Assembly: GCA_951804945.1 (NCBI GenBank)
Contig: OX638160.1
Location: 27,032,001-27,096,000, forward strand
Length of the DNA: 64,000 nt
Direction of reading: 5' to 3'
DNA from: Podarcis cretensis
Lineage: Eukaryota
Part shown: piece by piece, positions 12,090-22,407 of the stretch
Layout of the letters: every line of letters begins with the position of its first letter
How positions within the stretch are numbered: position 1 is the first letter of the stretch
Made by a program: the position numbers and the translations under genes
Notes under the pieces: generated by a model
Told to the model about the DNA's origin: nothing
What the model saw: only the letters and a program-made list of their open reading frames with translations
The model's database searches: none

Positions 12090-12547
12090 CAGTGCCTTTT
12101 GTCTTTAAAAATGTTTAGGGGTACTCTCATTTTCCTACTCATATTGAAATAGGTAAAGGTAAAGGGACCCCTGACCATTAGGTCCAGCCGGGGCCAAGGG
12201 AGCCGGTGTACAGCCATGTGGCCAGCATGACTAAGCTGCTTCTGGCGAACCAGAGCAGCACTCGGAAACGCTGTTTACCTTCCCGCTGGAGCGGTACCTA
12301 TTTATTTACTTGCACTTTGATGTGCTTTCGAACTGCTAGGTTGGCAGGAGCAGGGACCGAGCAACGGGAGCTCACCCCGTCGCGGCCCGCCGACCTTCTG
12401 ATCAGCAAGTCCTAGACTCTGTGGTTTAACCCACAGCGCCACCCACGTCCCTCATATTGAAATACTGCTGCTCAATGTGGGCAAACTTAGATTTACAAAA
12501 TATTTAGGGGTGTGCGCCCCCTGCGTCCCCCCAGAAAAAAGGCACTG
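12090..12547. mobile_element. hAT-type MITE interrupted by a Sauria SINE
   Basis: TIRs CAGTGCCTTTT / AAAAGGCACTG; 8-bp TSD GTACCATC (12082-12089) / GTATCATC (12548-12555). Confidence 0.8.
12152..12450 (-). mobile_element. Sauria SINE, internally deleted
   Basis: GGTAAAGGTAAAGG antisense tail, CCACAGCGCCACCCACGTCCC antisense head; 14-bp TSD CTCATATTGAAATA at 12138-12151 and 12451-12464. Confidence 0.9.
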
Positions 12548-12889
12548 GTATCATCACATCCATGGGAGCTGAGTTGGCAGCCCCTGAAATATGCCAACCC
12601 TAGTTCTTGTCTAGATGAATGTAAGGCCAGACCTAAGATTCAGTATCCTGTTTCAAAATAGGGTGAAGTGTTTTGGGTGTGTTTGTGTGGTGCTGAATGT
12701 CTTGTTGACATCTCTAAGCAGAGTTTAGACTAGTACACAAATGGGTGGAAGTTGTTTTGGAGGATTTGCAGTTCTTTAATGCATTCTAAAGTGTTTTAGC
12801 ATAGTTCAGATTCAAATTTCATAGCTGTCAGAAAAATAATAGATTCAATTAAGTTCTTCATTTTTCATGCAAACTTTATTCCTTTCCAG

Positions 12890-12942
12890 CATGTGCTGCT
12901 TTTACTCAAAAGACATGTGAAGAATGTGTAAAAAATACCAAA
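12890..12942 (+). CDS. PTTG1IP2: PTTG1IP-family exon 2 (PCAAFTQKTCEECVKNTK; start of PSI domain)
   Basis: tttccAG acceptor, AAA|GTAAGT donor, 53 nt, phase 1 to 0; matches PBF CSQNTNKTCEECLKNVS. Confidence 0.92.
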
Positions 12943-13373
12943 GTAAGTTTAGTCACTTTTATATCCGGGGGGATTTTCTAGTGATAACATAAGTGGATAT
13001 TTCTTGCACAGGCAGAAGAAAATGTTTTGCAAGTATTTGTTGCTGCACTTCAGTAGAAAATGGAAGTCCTTATTCTCTAATGGAAATTTACTGGACAAAC
13101 TCTCACACAACTGACTCATTCACCATGGAAACTGGAACCAGTTGCTATTTTTTCAGGGAGCCTTGGAAAACTGTTCTTTATTTTATGTGCTTTTGCAAGA
13201 AACTATATGCTCAAAGTGATGTGCTCTAATACCAAGTTGCTTTACACAGTAGACTTGAAGGGGAGAGCACTGTTGCATTCAAGTTCTTCTTTTGGGCTTC
13301 TTGTGGATATCTGAGAACAGAGCTGCACTGATAGGCATTTGATCTGATCCACCAGTCTCTTGTGTACTTAAGG

Positions 13374-13870
13374 CAGGGGTCTGCAACCCGCGGCTCTGGA
13401 GCCGCGTGTGGCTCTTTTACACCTTTGCCGCAGCTCCGAGGCGGATACTAGCGAGGGGAGGAGGCACATTGTGCGCCCCGACACTCCCCACTGTGGCGGG
13501 CGCTGTACTGGCTGTGAAGTCGCATGGGGGCGGTGCGTACGTTAGTCACGCACCGTCCCGACGTCACCTTCCCGCCCGCCTGCCCGCTACATTGTAAGGG
13601 GCATGTACGCTGGTCACTGCATTGAAAGGGGGCATGTACGCTGGTCACTGTTTTGAAGGGGAGTGAAGAACACACACACAAAAAAAGGTAACTTGTTAAT
13701 TTAACGTTTATTTCTATGAGGAGGAGTAATTCTGAGGGGTCAAACAAAGAAATAATAAAAAAGTGACAAAAAAGTTATTTTTATAATGGCAAGTTTTGCG
13801 GCTCCCAGTTTTTTTTTCTTCGGAAATGGGTCCAAGTGGCTCTTTTTGTCTTAAAGGTTGCAGACCCCTG
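13374..13870. mobile_element. Young hAT (Charlie-like) non-autonomous transposon, 497 bp
   Basis: Perfect 15-bp TIR CAGGGGTCTGCAACC; perfect 8-bp TSD ACTTAAGG at 13366-13373 and 13871-13878; CpG-rich interior. Confidence 0.93.
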
Positions 13871-14299
13871 ACTTAAGGCATGACTTGACTTTTATAGGAT
13901 AAAACAGCTCCCCTTGATTTGATAATTACAACTCATAATTCTGTGCAGAGTTCAAATGTTTAAAAATCTGCTTTAAATTAGTATAGAATAGAGTTCTTTA
14001 AATTATAAACATCTGGTTTGAAAACAACATAAGCATACATTGCAGCAACTTCTCAAAGTGCATCAGTTTTAAAAAATATATATCAATGTTAACAACACAA
14101 AAGGATATCAAAACTTTCTCTAATACTGAGCAGTTTGCCAAAGTTTTTAACATAGTATGTACAAAATGGTCAGAACTGTTTGCCAAGGCTTTTAACAGAT
14201 ATTGTGAGCAGGGTTGTCAACAATGGTCTGTGTTTACTCAACTGCCCCAATTCGACAATAACTTCAAGCAGCACCAATGTAGATAGGAGCTGCTGTGTA

Positions 14300-15130
14300 T
14301 TGGATTTCAGTCTCTCACCAGGAAACCAGTCTCCCTGAACTCTAGCTGTGAGAGGTTGTATTTGCTGCTGGGGTAGAGAAAGTAAGTAGGGATTCTGTCA
14401 GTATAATGACCATTCCGCTGACCAACAATTTCCTTCCCTGAGCGGATAGATTTGATGTTGGGGCTAGTGTTTGAAAACCCCCCCGACTTTGGTTCTGGGG
14501 GATTTAAACATGCATGCTGAAACCATCTTAACAAGTCCAGCTATCACGACTGTTATGGAACTATCTCAGTATACATCATAGACCCAATGTATAGAGTAGC
14601 TCATACCTGCAATCTGGTTCTCACAAATGGAAGACTTATAGATGTGTCCGGAGAAAGTACAAATCACCCTGTTGTCATCAATCAACAATTTCCTTGTAGG
14701 ATTTAGGCTATTGATAGTGTTGCCACCCTGCAAGGATGGATGACCCCTTAGAATGTTCCGTAGCAAGACACTAATGGAATCTAAGGGATTCCTGAATGCT
14801 CTAGGGAAGTTTCCAGTTGGCATGGCTGATCGCATCTGAGGCCCTGATCTCACTGTGGAATGGTGAGATGGGAAGGGTCATAGATTGAGTCAGTCCTGAG
14901 CACTCTCCTAAGCTTGACTTCCTGGTTTTCAGATGAGCTCTGGTCAGTGAAATAGGCTGCATGACTGTTGGAGCATAAGTGGAACAAATAGTGTACCAAG
15001 TACAACTGACCACCACTGTTAAGAGTGCATGTTTGCACCTACTGAGTGGTAGTGGTGGCAGTGAAGAAGGTTTACCGTTGCATCCTCATGTGGCTATTCA
15101 GCAGAGCTTTTCCAGGCAGTGATGGTGCTA
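14300..15130 (+). mobile_element. Decayed L2-type LINE ORF2 fragment (endonuclease end and linker)
   Basis: Frameshifted + strand translation gives LVLGDLNMHA (APE GDxN motif, about 14488-14517), GFLNALGKFP, EALISLWNGEM.RVID and WFSDEL..VK...LLEHKW, resembling squamate L2 ORF2; many stops. Boundaries approximate. Confidence 0.75.
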
Positions 15131-16236
15131 AAGGGATCCTCCCATAAGGGAGAAGGCCTTGAACCTTCAGATGCTTGCTGTGACAGATCGGCCAGGTACT
15201 TTTAGAATAGCTTCTCCATTTGTGACATATCCTTGGGATTTATGTTTCCCCTTCTGGTTATACTTGTGGGCTCCAATATCTTCTTTCTTTGTTGAAATAT
15301 ATAAACCGGGTCTACTTTGTTTTGAACAAATTAAGGACTGATTGGTTTGGATATAAAGGGAGACTAGTATGATTTGTTTGAAAAAACCAAGGAGGAAGGT
15401 GGGGAGAGTAGGAATCAGAGGATTAGTCATAAGTGGCCAAACCATGGCTTGCTTTTGCATGCATTCCATTACCAAGTCATGAAAACTATTTTTATAAGAT
15501 GTCCATTTGTTTAAATAGTACATAATTCTTTAAAATAGTACATAATTCTTCTGTATTTAATAGCAATGAATGACTTTTGTGGTAACTGCAGATAGTTTGT
15601 TAGCACTGGCCTTGTGACTGTGAGACTGTTTACATTTTAATATCCGTTTTTGAAAGTTTTCTTCACTTTCCCTAATTTGGTTATGTACTCTTCAGAAGTA
15701 AAGACTGATTTAGTTGTATTGGTGTGGTACAATGGCCCCATATTTTTTTTAAGCTGTAGCTCAGATAGATAATATCCCTTTGTACTCAGTAGTTGTTTTG
15801 TCCGAAAGAATAGCCTTATTGTGTTAAACCAACATCTAACCCAGTATCTACTGTCCAACTGCTCTTGGACAGTTGGACAGTAACAATTTAGAGCAAGCAT
15901 CTTTGGAAACCTTTTGCTGCCCCTTTCACAGCTATAGGTTCAGCAACAGGGCAGAAAAAAGGAGCAGAGCCAGGAAGCAGTGGAAGAATAAAAGTGTAGG
16001 AGAAGTATTTAATGTTGAAAAGATAAAATGAAGTGGAGGCAAGGAATAAGATTGGGCAATAACTGCTGAACATCTTACCTCTTCTGTAAATTCCTGCTAG
16101 CACATTTACACCAACATTTCATTTAAAATCTTCTTGTACAGTTCTTACAATGTGAACAAAGTAACTTCTGAGCTATTGTGAAGTTACTAAAGCAACATAA
16201 ATAAATATATTGTAAACACTGACAAAGTTTAGAGTA

Positions 16237-16400
16237 AAAACAAAATAAAAAATTCCTTCCAGTAGGTATCTGAAGAAGTGTGCATGCACACGAAAGCTCA
16301 TACCAAGAACTAACTTAGTTGGTCTTTAAGGTGCTACTGGAAGGAATTTTTTTATTTTGTTTTGACTATGGCAGACCAACACAGCTACCTATCTGTAACT
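16237..16400 (+). mobile_element. Penelope-like element terminal (pLTR) fragment with inverted 5' piece
   Basis: 13-bp TSD AAAGTTTAGAGTA at 16224-16236 and 16401-16413; 16237-16265 is the reverse complement of about 16334-16363; contains a hammerhead core; near-identical to 25298-25432. Confidence 0.85.
16265..16304 (+). ncRNA. Minimal type I hammerhead ribozyme motif
   Basis: GGUAU (stem I) - CUGAAGA - A - GUGUG CAUG CACAC (stem II) - GAAA - GC - UC - AUACC (stem I'); predicted cleavage after C16299. Confidence 0.8.
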
Positions 16401-16928
16401 AAAGTTTAGAGTAGTTCTGGTAACAGAATGATGAATGACATTCACAATGCTGCAGTCTTAGTCTCATCCTTGAGGAAGCATAAGCCTGACCTTCATTTAC
16501 CTGGATCATATGTGATGCTAAGTCAAACCATTGCTTAATATAGGTGAATGTGAGGGTTCCCAGAGAGAAGATGGCAGCTGCTTCTGCACATATCTCCTAC
16601 TGCAACCCAATTCATGGTCTGGCTTATTGTGTCATTTGAACCCAGGAAACATTGCCATTGGGAGAGGGCACCAGGAGCAGAGGAAGAAAAGTGTTGTAGT
16701 TTCTACTAACTGTAAAACTGTCATTGGCTTCTTTTAATACCTCAAAAATTGACATAGAGGGTCTGCTTCAATCACTGCCTGCTCCCCACAGAAAATGTCA
16801 AGTTACAGCTCCATTTTAGTTTAATTTCAGACTATGTTAACTTCTCAAGAAGTGTACGATTGAGTGGTTGACTTGCATACTTCCTGATAAGACTACTTCT
16901 GTTTATTTTTCACTTTTGTTCTGCTTAG

Positions 16929-17037
16929 TGTCTTTGGTGCCATGTCAATTCCACTTGTATGGACTATCCTGTGAGGAAACTCATTCCACCATCTTCGCTG
17001 TGTAAACTTACAGACGCTTATTGGGCAATTTGTTGGG
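16929..17037 (+). CDS. PTTG1IP2: PTTG1IP-family exon 3 (CLWCHVNSTCMDYPVRKLIPPSSLCKLTDAYWAICW)
   Basis: cttAG acceptor, G|GTAGGT donor, 109 nt, phase 0 to 1; matches PBF CLWC....C.DYPV...PP.SLC.L..A.W..CW. Confidence 0.95.
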
Positions 17038-17558
17038 GTAGGTAATGACTGTGATTGTCTTTAATTTATTGTTACTTGTAATGGAAGCCATGAAATGATG
17101 ATCATAATTCTTCATGCAAAAGTACTTAACTGGAGTTCTCCTACTAGTCAATATTTCATATATGCACATTATCTTACATGGACTATTTATAAGCTTAAAA
17201 GTAGTCTTGCACACAGCACTAATCACCATTGGATTTCCTGAAGCTTCCATTTTAATGAGACTGTTTTTCTGGGAAGTTTGTTTCTGAATTGTTTACTGCT
17301 GATCTCTGATGCTGAACAGAAAAAACACAGTTCTGCTAAGTGGTAGGCTTAATAATAAAGTTGAGTTCTCTGGATAATGTTGTCCTCTTCTGAAGTTGTC
17401 TTCTCTGATTTGCGTTCAGTTAATCAACTCACTTAGCTTGCACAATTGTTGCATTCAGTTATAATACCGCATCATGGTATAATGTTATGACAAGGAACTT
17501 AGTTTCCCCTCAGATGGTCACAAGAAAGTGATAGGTTGTTGCTATGTTAATTTTAGAT

Positions 17559-18214
17559 CAGGGTGGATAAAAATCAATGTTTTTTTAAAAAAAAAATTAA
17601 AAATTGAATTTTTTAATTTAAATCGGATTTTATTAAATTTAAATTGGATTTTAAAATAAAATGCTTTTGGAGGAAAAATCTTTCTAGAGATAGTTTTCTA
17701 TTTAAGTTACATTGTAGTCCAAAGGGTATTCATCAGGAAATAAGGATTTCTTAAAAGTTTTTCATGTGTGCTAAGACTCAGTCTTAAGGGTTTTTTTAAA
17801 ACAACAACCATTTAACCACATCAGTTAACAAACATGGATACATATGCTATAATGTTATTGTTTTAGTTAAATAATCATTTCCTTAATAACAATTAAACAA
17901 TTTATTTTTCTCCTTCCAATAAAGTACAGCAGAAAAGTTGTCCAAATATAAACAGTTAACTTATTAACCCTCACAATAATTTCAGAATTATCTGTCTATG
18001 TATTTCTAATAGTAATTTTTGATATAACTGTAAAAACTACTCTGAAAATTTACAATTCCAAAAATGAAACCTTCATCTGGTTGTAAATATTAAGATTATA
18101 CCAGCAAGCATGGGTCTTTCTGTAAAAAAAAAAAAAAAGATTTAAATCAAGTCTTATTGACTAGTGATTTAAATCATGATTTAAATAGATTTGATTTAAA
18201 TCAAATCCGCCCTG
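17559..18214. mobile_element. AT-rich hAT non-autonomous transposon, 656 bp
   Basis: TIRs CAGGGTGGAT / ATCCGCCCTG; perfect 8-bp TSD TTTTAGAT at 17551-17558 and 18215-18222; subterminal GATTTAAATC repeats. Confidence 0.9.
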
Positions 18215-19220
18215 TTTTAGATTAAGTGTAGTTTAATGCACTGCAGTTTAACATATCATCTAAATTCTAAACAAGCCACTCCATAATCATGGTTGGAAGT
18301 TAACGTCTTTTCAAGCAAACCATAGTTAAGATTAACAACAGTTTGTTTGGTTCTGACAAAACAGCAAACCACAGTTAATCAAAATGGAAATGAAAGCTGA
18401 TTTCATGGGCTGGGCCGGGAGCAGTATGGGAGCCCAAAGCTTGCTGCAGCCTATTTCAATTGTTCTAAACTATGGATTAGCCTTGCATTCAATGTCTCTT
18501 TGTTTTAAATTGTTTATATGAGGGAAGAGTTCTTACAATACTTCAGATCCACTTGTTTATTGAGGGTTATCAAAAATAGATTTCACTGTTCACAAAGTTC
18601 TGTCGTAGTACATGAGTTCTCTTTATATGTTACACATGTAGAAGGAATGCAGATGGGTTTTTTGCCTAACCCCATGTGAAGTTTAAGTTGAAAATATCTG
18701 ATTTTGCTACCCATGTAATTCTAATTCTCTCATTTTGAAATGTGACATTTCCTTTAGTGGTTGTTTTCTATTTTCTTCCAGGATATCTGCCTAATATTGT
18801 AGAAGACATACTTGAGAATGGATAAAATTGAAATTTGGATTCCATAGCGTCACTTGCCCTTTTAAATAAACAGACCATGTGCTAATGTTCTGACTATCTT
18901 AATATGCTTAGTTTTAAGTTTAATTACCAGTTTTAAGATCTTTGATACAAGAACTAACCTATTAAAATGTGCAGGGCAGTACCTTGGACCCAGTTAGATG
19001 GAATCTCTAAACTAGAAGAACACATTTCACAATGACAGGCCCATCTACTTCATCACATAAGTGAATTCCAGTCATTCCATTAAGATATAATATGTAAGTT
19101 GCTGCAGGGTGGTCTTCTAATGGGCCTTAGTCGCTTCCCTGCATGGAGCTCTTCTCTGTTACTGTATTTCCTTCCTTTGCTAACCTTTGCATGTACTAAA
19201 ATTCTGCTTTTAATTTTCAG

Positions 19221-19326
19221 TCAACTTTGAGGCTATGATCATCAGCATTGCAGTTGTAGCAGGCTTCCTTCTCCTCCTTATAGGATGTTGTTGCTGTTAC
19301 TGCTGTCGCAGACGTCGTTCTAGAGG
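19221..19326 (+). CDS. PTTG1IP2: PTTG1IP-family exon 4 (VNFEAMII... transmembrane helix, Cys cluster, RRRRSR)
   Basis: ttttcAG acceptor, GG|GTAAAT donor, 106 nt, phase 1 to 2; WVNFEA motif, TM segment and CCCCYCC. Confidence 0.95.
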
Positions 19327-20206
19327 GTAAATGGTTTTTCTTAGTAACTTTGCTTGATTTTCCTCCTCCTGACTTCGTCACCATTAATCTATAATAAAGT
19401 TGTCCTTGAAATTAAGGGTTATACAAATGTGATTTTAAGCATCTGATTGAAAAACATATGGTCGTCTTTGTTTACAAAAATTACAGGGATCCCCAGTACA
19501 GAATGGGTCTGCTCTACATTGAATGTAAACTTCGTGTCAGAACTGGGTTTTTCTTTTAAATTTAATGTACAGTTTCCTGAAGAAGGTATTATACACTTGA
19601 AACACATTGGATATCTGAAACATAAATTCCATTAAAGGCACTTTCATGACATGTTGGGGCTCATTCTTTAATGTCCATTACACATTGTGTCCACTGGGTG
19701 TCAGTGTTTTTTCCTCAATATGCTCATATGAAGTAGCAGATTAAAGATCTGTCTTTTAACCTAAATCAGTTTTATATGTCTTGCTATGATGCTGGTGAGT
19801 TAAAAGCTAGAAAGAACCATGTTTTGGCCTCTGATTCCTATTTCACACTTCCTCAGGTGAATTCAAGAAGGGAATCAATAATCTACTGCTAGTGAGAGAA
19901 ATGGTTCCCAGTCAACGAATCCCATACTAGGATATCCAAGATCGTCATTTTTATATTGAATTACCAACACTCTTATTTATTCCACAAAATATATGACACA
20001 TAAGGTGCAGTCAATGAATCATGACTTTCAAGTGTGTGTTAATGTCAGCTTCAAATTCTTCAGTATAAGATACCACTTATGATTAACTTGTAGAGAAAAT
20101 GCTGCAAATTTGTGAATGTATGGGTAAACTAACAAACATAAATTCCTCATAAACTATATATCAGAAATTATAGTTTTTTTATTTAAAAAAGTGCTTTATT
20201 TCTTAG

Positions 20207-20275
20207 GCGACCATCTGAAGAAGAAGAAAGATTTATCAGAGATCGGGAAGAAAAAAGAATGCAGTCACTTCAGCG
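20207..20275 (+). CDS. PTTG1IP2: PTTG1IP-family exon 5 (GRPSEEEERFIRDREEKRMQSLQ)
   Basis: tttcttAG acceptor, CG|GTATGT donor, 69 nt, phase 2 to 2; charged helical segment as in PBF. Confidence 0.92.
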
Positions 20276-20962
20276 GTATGTTTCAAAGCTTTTCTTTTTT
20301 TAAAAAACACCTAAATACCGTACATAAGTTTTGCTCATAGATGTCATTTTAAAAAAGCCAGCTAGGGATATGTTCAGTATAGCCTTGCTATAAAGCTTTG
20401 TAAGCATTAATTGCAGTAGTTCACTCTTAGTATTTATTAGGCAATATGCTTGTAAGCTGGCTCCTAAGGGTTTCAATAAATGCAACTCATGATGCTAGCT
20501 AGAGGCTTTGAGACCCTAAAAATAATAATTTGATGCTTGAAGGCAGTCAGCTATCTTGTACAAGTAGATATACAGGTCTGCTTCCAGACAGTGGTGGAGG
20601 AAAGGCAGCATAATGGAATGAAGCAGTATTGGGTGAGTCATCAGACCTTCTGTTTACAGCTCCAGGATAGCAAGATGTTCTGCCCTGGTGCTGATCCATT
20701 TTGTTAGCTGTTCTCCTGAGGATCTTCAAAGCTGGAGTCTATTTGTGCTAAATGTGAATAGTAATAGTGGTAGTATTTTATATGAAATATAAAATGAATC
20801 ACACTGTTTGCCTGATAGCACCCATAGTGATGTACATTTTTTTAAAAAATCACTTTTTAACCCCTTGCTAGAACACAGAATGCAGGCTGACAGGAACAGC
20901 AATAATTTCCAGTAAGGATGTCTGATTTCTTAGTTTTCTAAGTCAAAGAGAAATTATACATA

Positions 20963-21126
20963 TATCTAGATTGCCACCATGTATAAGATGCCCCCTATTT
21001 TGGGGGACTCCAAATTAAGAAAACACCCCTCAGAACTACCTGTGTATAAGACGAGCCCCAATTTATAAACCTACTTTTTTGGTTAAAACAACAACAACCC
21101 TAGTCTTATACACACAAAATACGGCA
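20963..21126. mobile_element. Degenerate Tc1/mariner-type MITE
   Basis: Repeated TGTATAAGAT/C motif with its inverse GTCTTATACAC and terminal AAAATACGG; left end eroded. Confidence 0.45.
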
Positions 21127-22360
21127 TGTGCATGTTTCTTCAGAAGTATTGATTATATATTCATTTAAGAAAACGTATATCCCACTTTTTAGTGCTAAAG
21201 TACCACTCAGGGCAGTTTTCAAAACCTGAAAATTGCAGTTACATAAAAGTATATAAAATTGACCACAAAGAAATGTTCATCAGTTAAAACTAAAGCATTA
21301 AAATCATCTGCCACATACAGCAGAAGCCTGCAGGAATAAAACTGTCTTCAACAACTGGTGAAAATTAGCATTGCGTAAATCAGGCCACACTTCACAGCAG
21401 GGCTTTCTATAATCTTGATTGCAACCACCGAGAAGGCCCTTTCTCTGAAATATGCTTCCACCCTAGATAGGGCACAGAGAAGCTCAGATTCTTTGAAACG
21501 GAAATTAATATTTGCAGAATTCCTCTTGGGACACTTTGCTCAGGCTTGCTGATACTTGTTACTGCAGTGTTATACTGCAGTTTATCATTACATGTGAACC
21601 AGCATATAGTAAGTTGGTAGGACTGTGGTTCAGTAGTAGAAGCTAGTCTTGCTTCTTATATTTGTCCCAAATTTAGGGTGGGATGCAGTCCTAACTAAGT
21701 CCTAAGTCTTTTGCACTAAGTCAGTCCCAAGAACCCTGTAAGAATCATGCAAATGATACTGCAATGTTAGGAGTCAAAGGCATGAGTCTTTTGTAGTTTG
21801 GTTCATGTCCCTCATGTCATGTTAAATTTATTGTTGGCTTTGGACTATTGAGTAGCAGGAGATCTCCCAGCATTCCATTTAACTTCAGCTGCTAAGATGA
21901 TCAGTCCTGGATTTTTTTGTAGGCAACCTCTGGCTAGAAGAAAAGCTGTCTAAGCTAATATAGCATCTATCTGTCTACTGAAACCTCAACAAATCTCCTT
22001 GTGTATTGCTACAATTTATAAGTTAATTTTCTTGGCCATTAAAAAAACCTTTCATTTTACAAGCTGTTACGTATGTTAGAATAAGAATATGCTTATTCAG
22101 TATGCATACATCATTCATTGGAAACCCATACATTTGAACTGATGCCTTATTTAGATATTACACTGTGATGGACATTGCATCACAGTGCAACATAATATAT
22201 TGATGCAGTCCTCTATCTAGAGTTTATTTTGAGGCAAGATCTGTGTTCCACTTATCTTTGTGTTCTAATGTGTAAGCAGGAGTTAATTATATTGCTTTGT
22301 CGTATTTTGCTTAAAATTACGTCTTCAAGTATTTGTTTTTTATGCTCATAAACTTTTCAG

Positions 22361-22407
22361 AAAACATGAAAGAAAAGTGAAGCATGATGAGATACGGAAG
22401 AAATATG
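22361..22407 (+). CDS. PTTG1IP2: PTTG1IP-family exon 6 (RKHERKVKHDEIRKKY)
   Basis: ttttcAG acceptor, G|GTATGT donor, 47 nt, phase 2 to 1; HDEIRKKYG motif of PBF. Confidence 0.95.

Noticed and set aside
14566-15038. Minus-strand ORFs including a YAPT motif suggestive of an RTE endonuclease
   Set aside because: The + strand gives several collinear L2 ORF2 motifs; the minus-strand match is isolated.
15511-15550. 20-bp tandem duplication
   Set aside because: Simple local slippage with no further structure.
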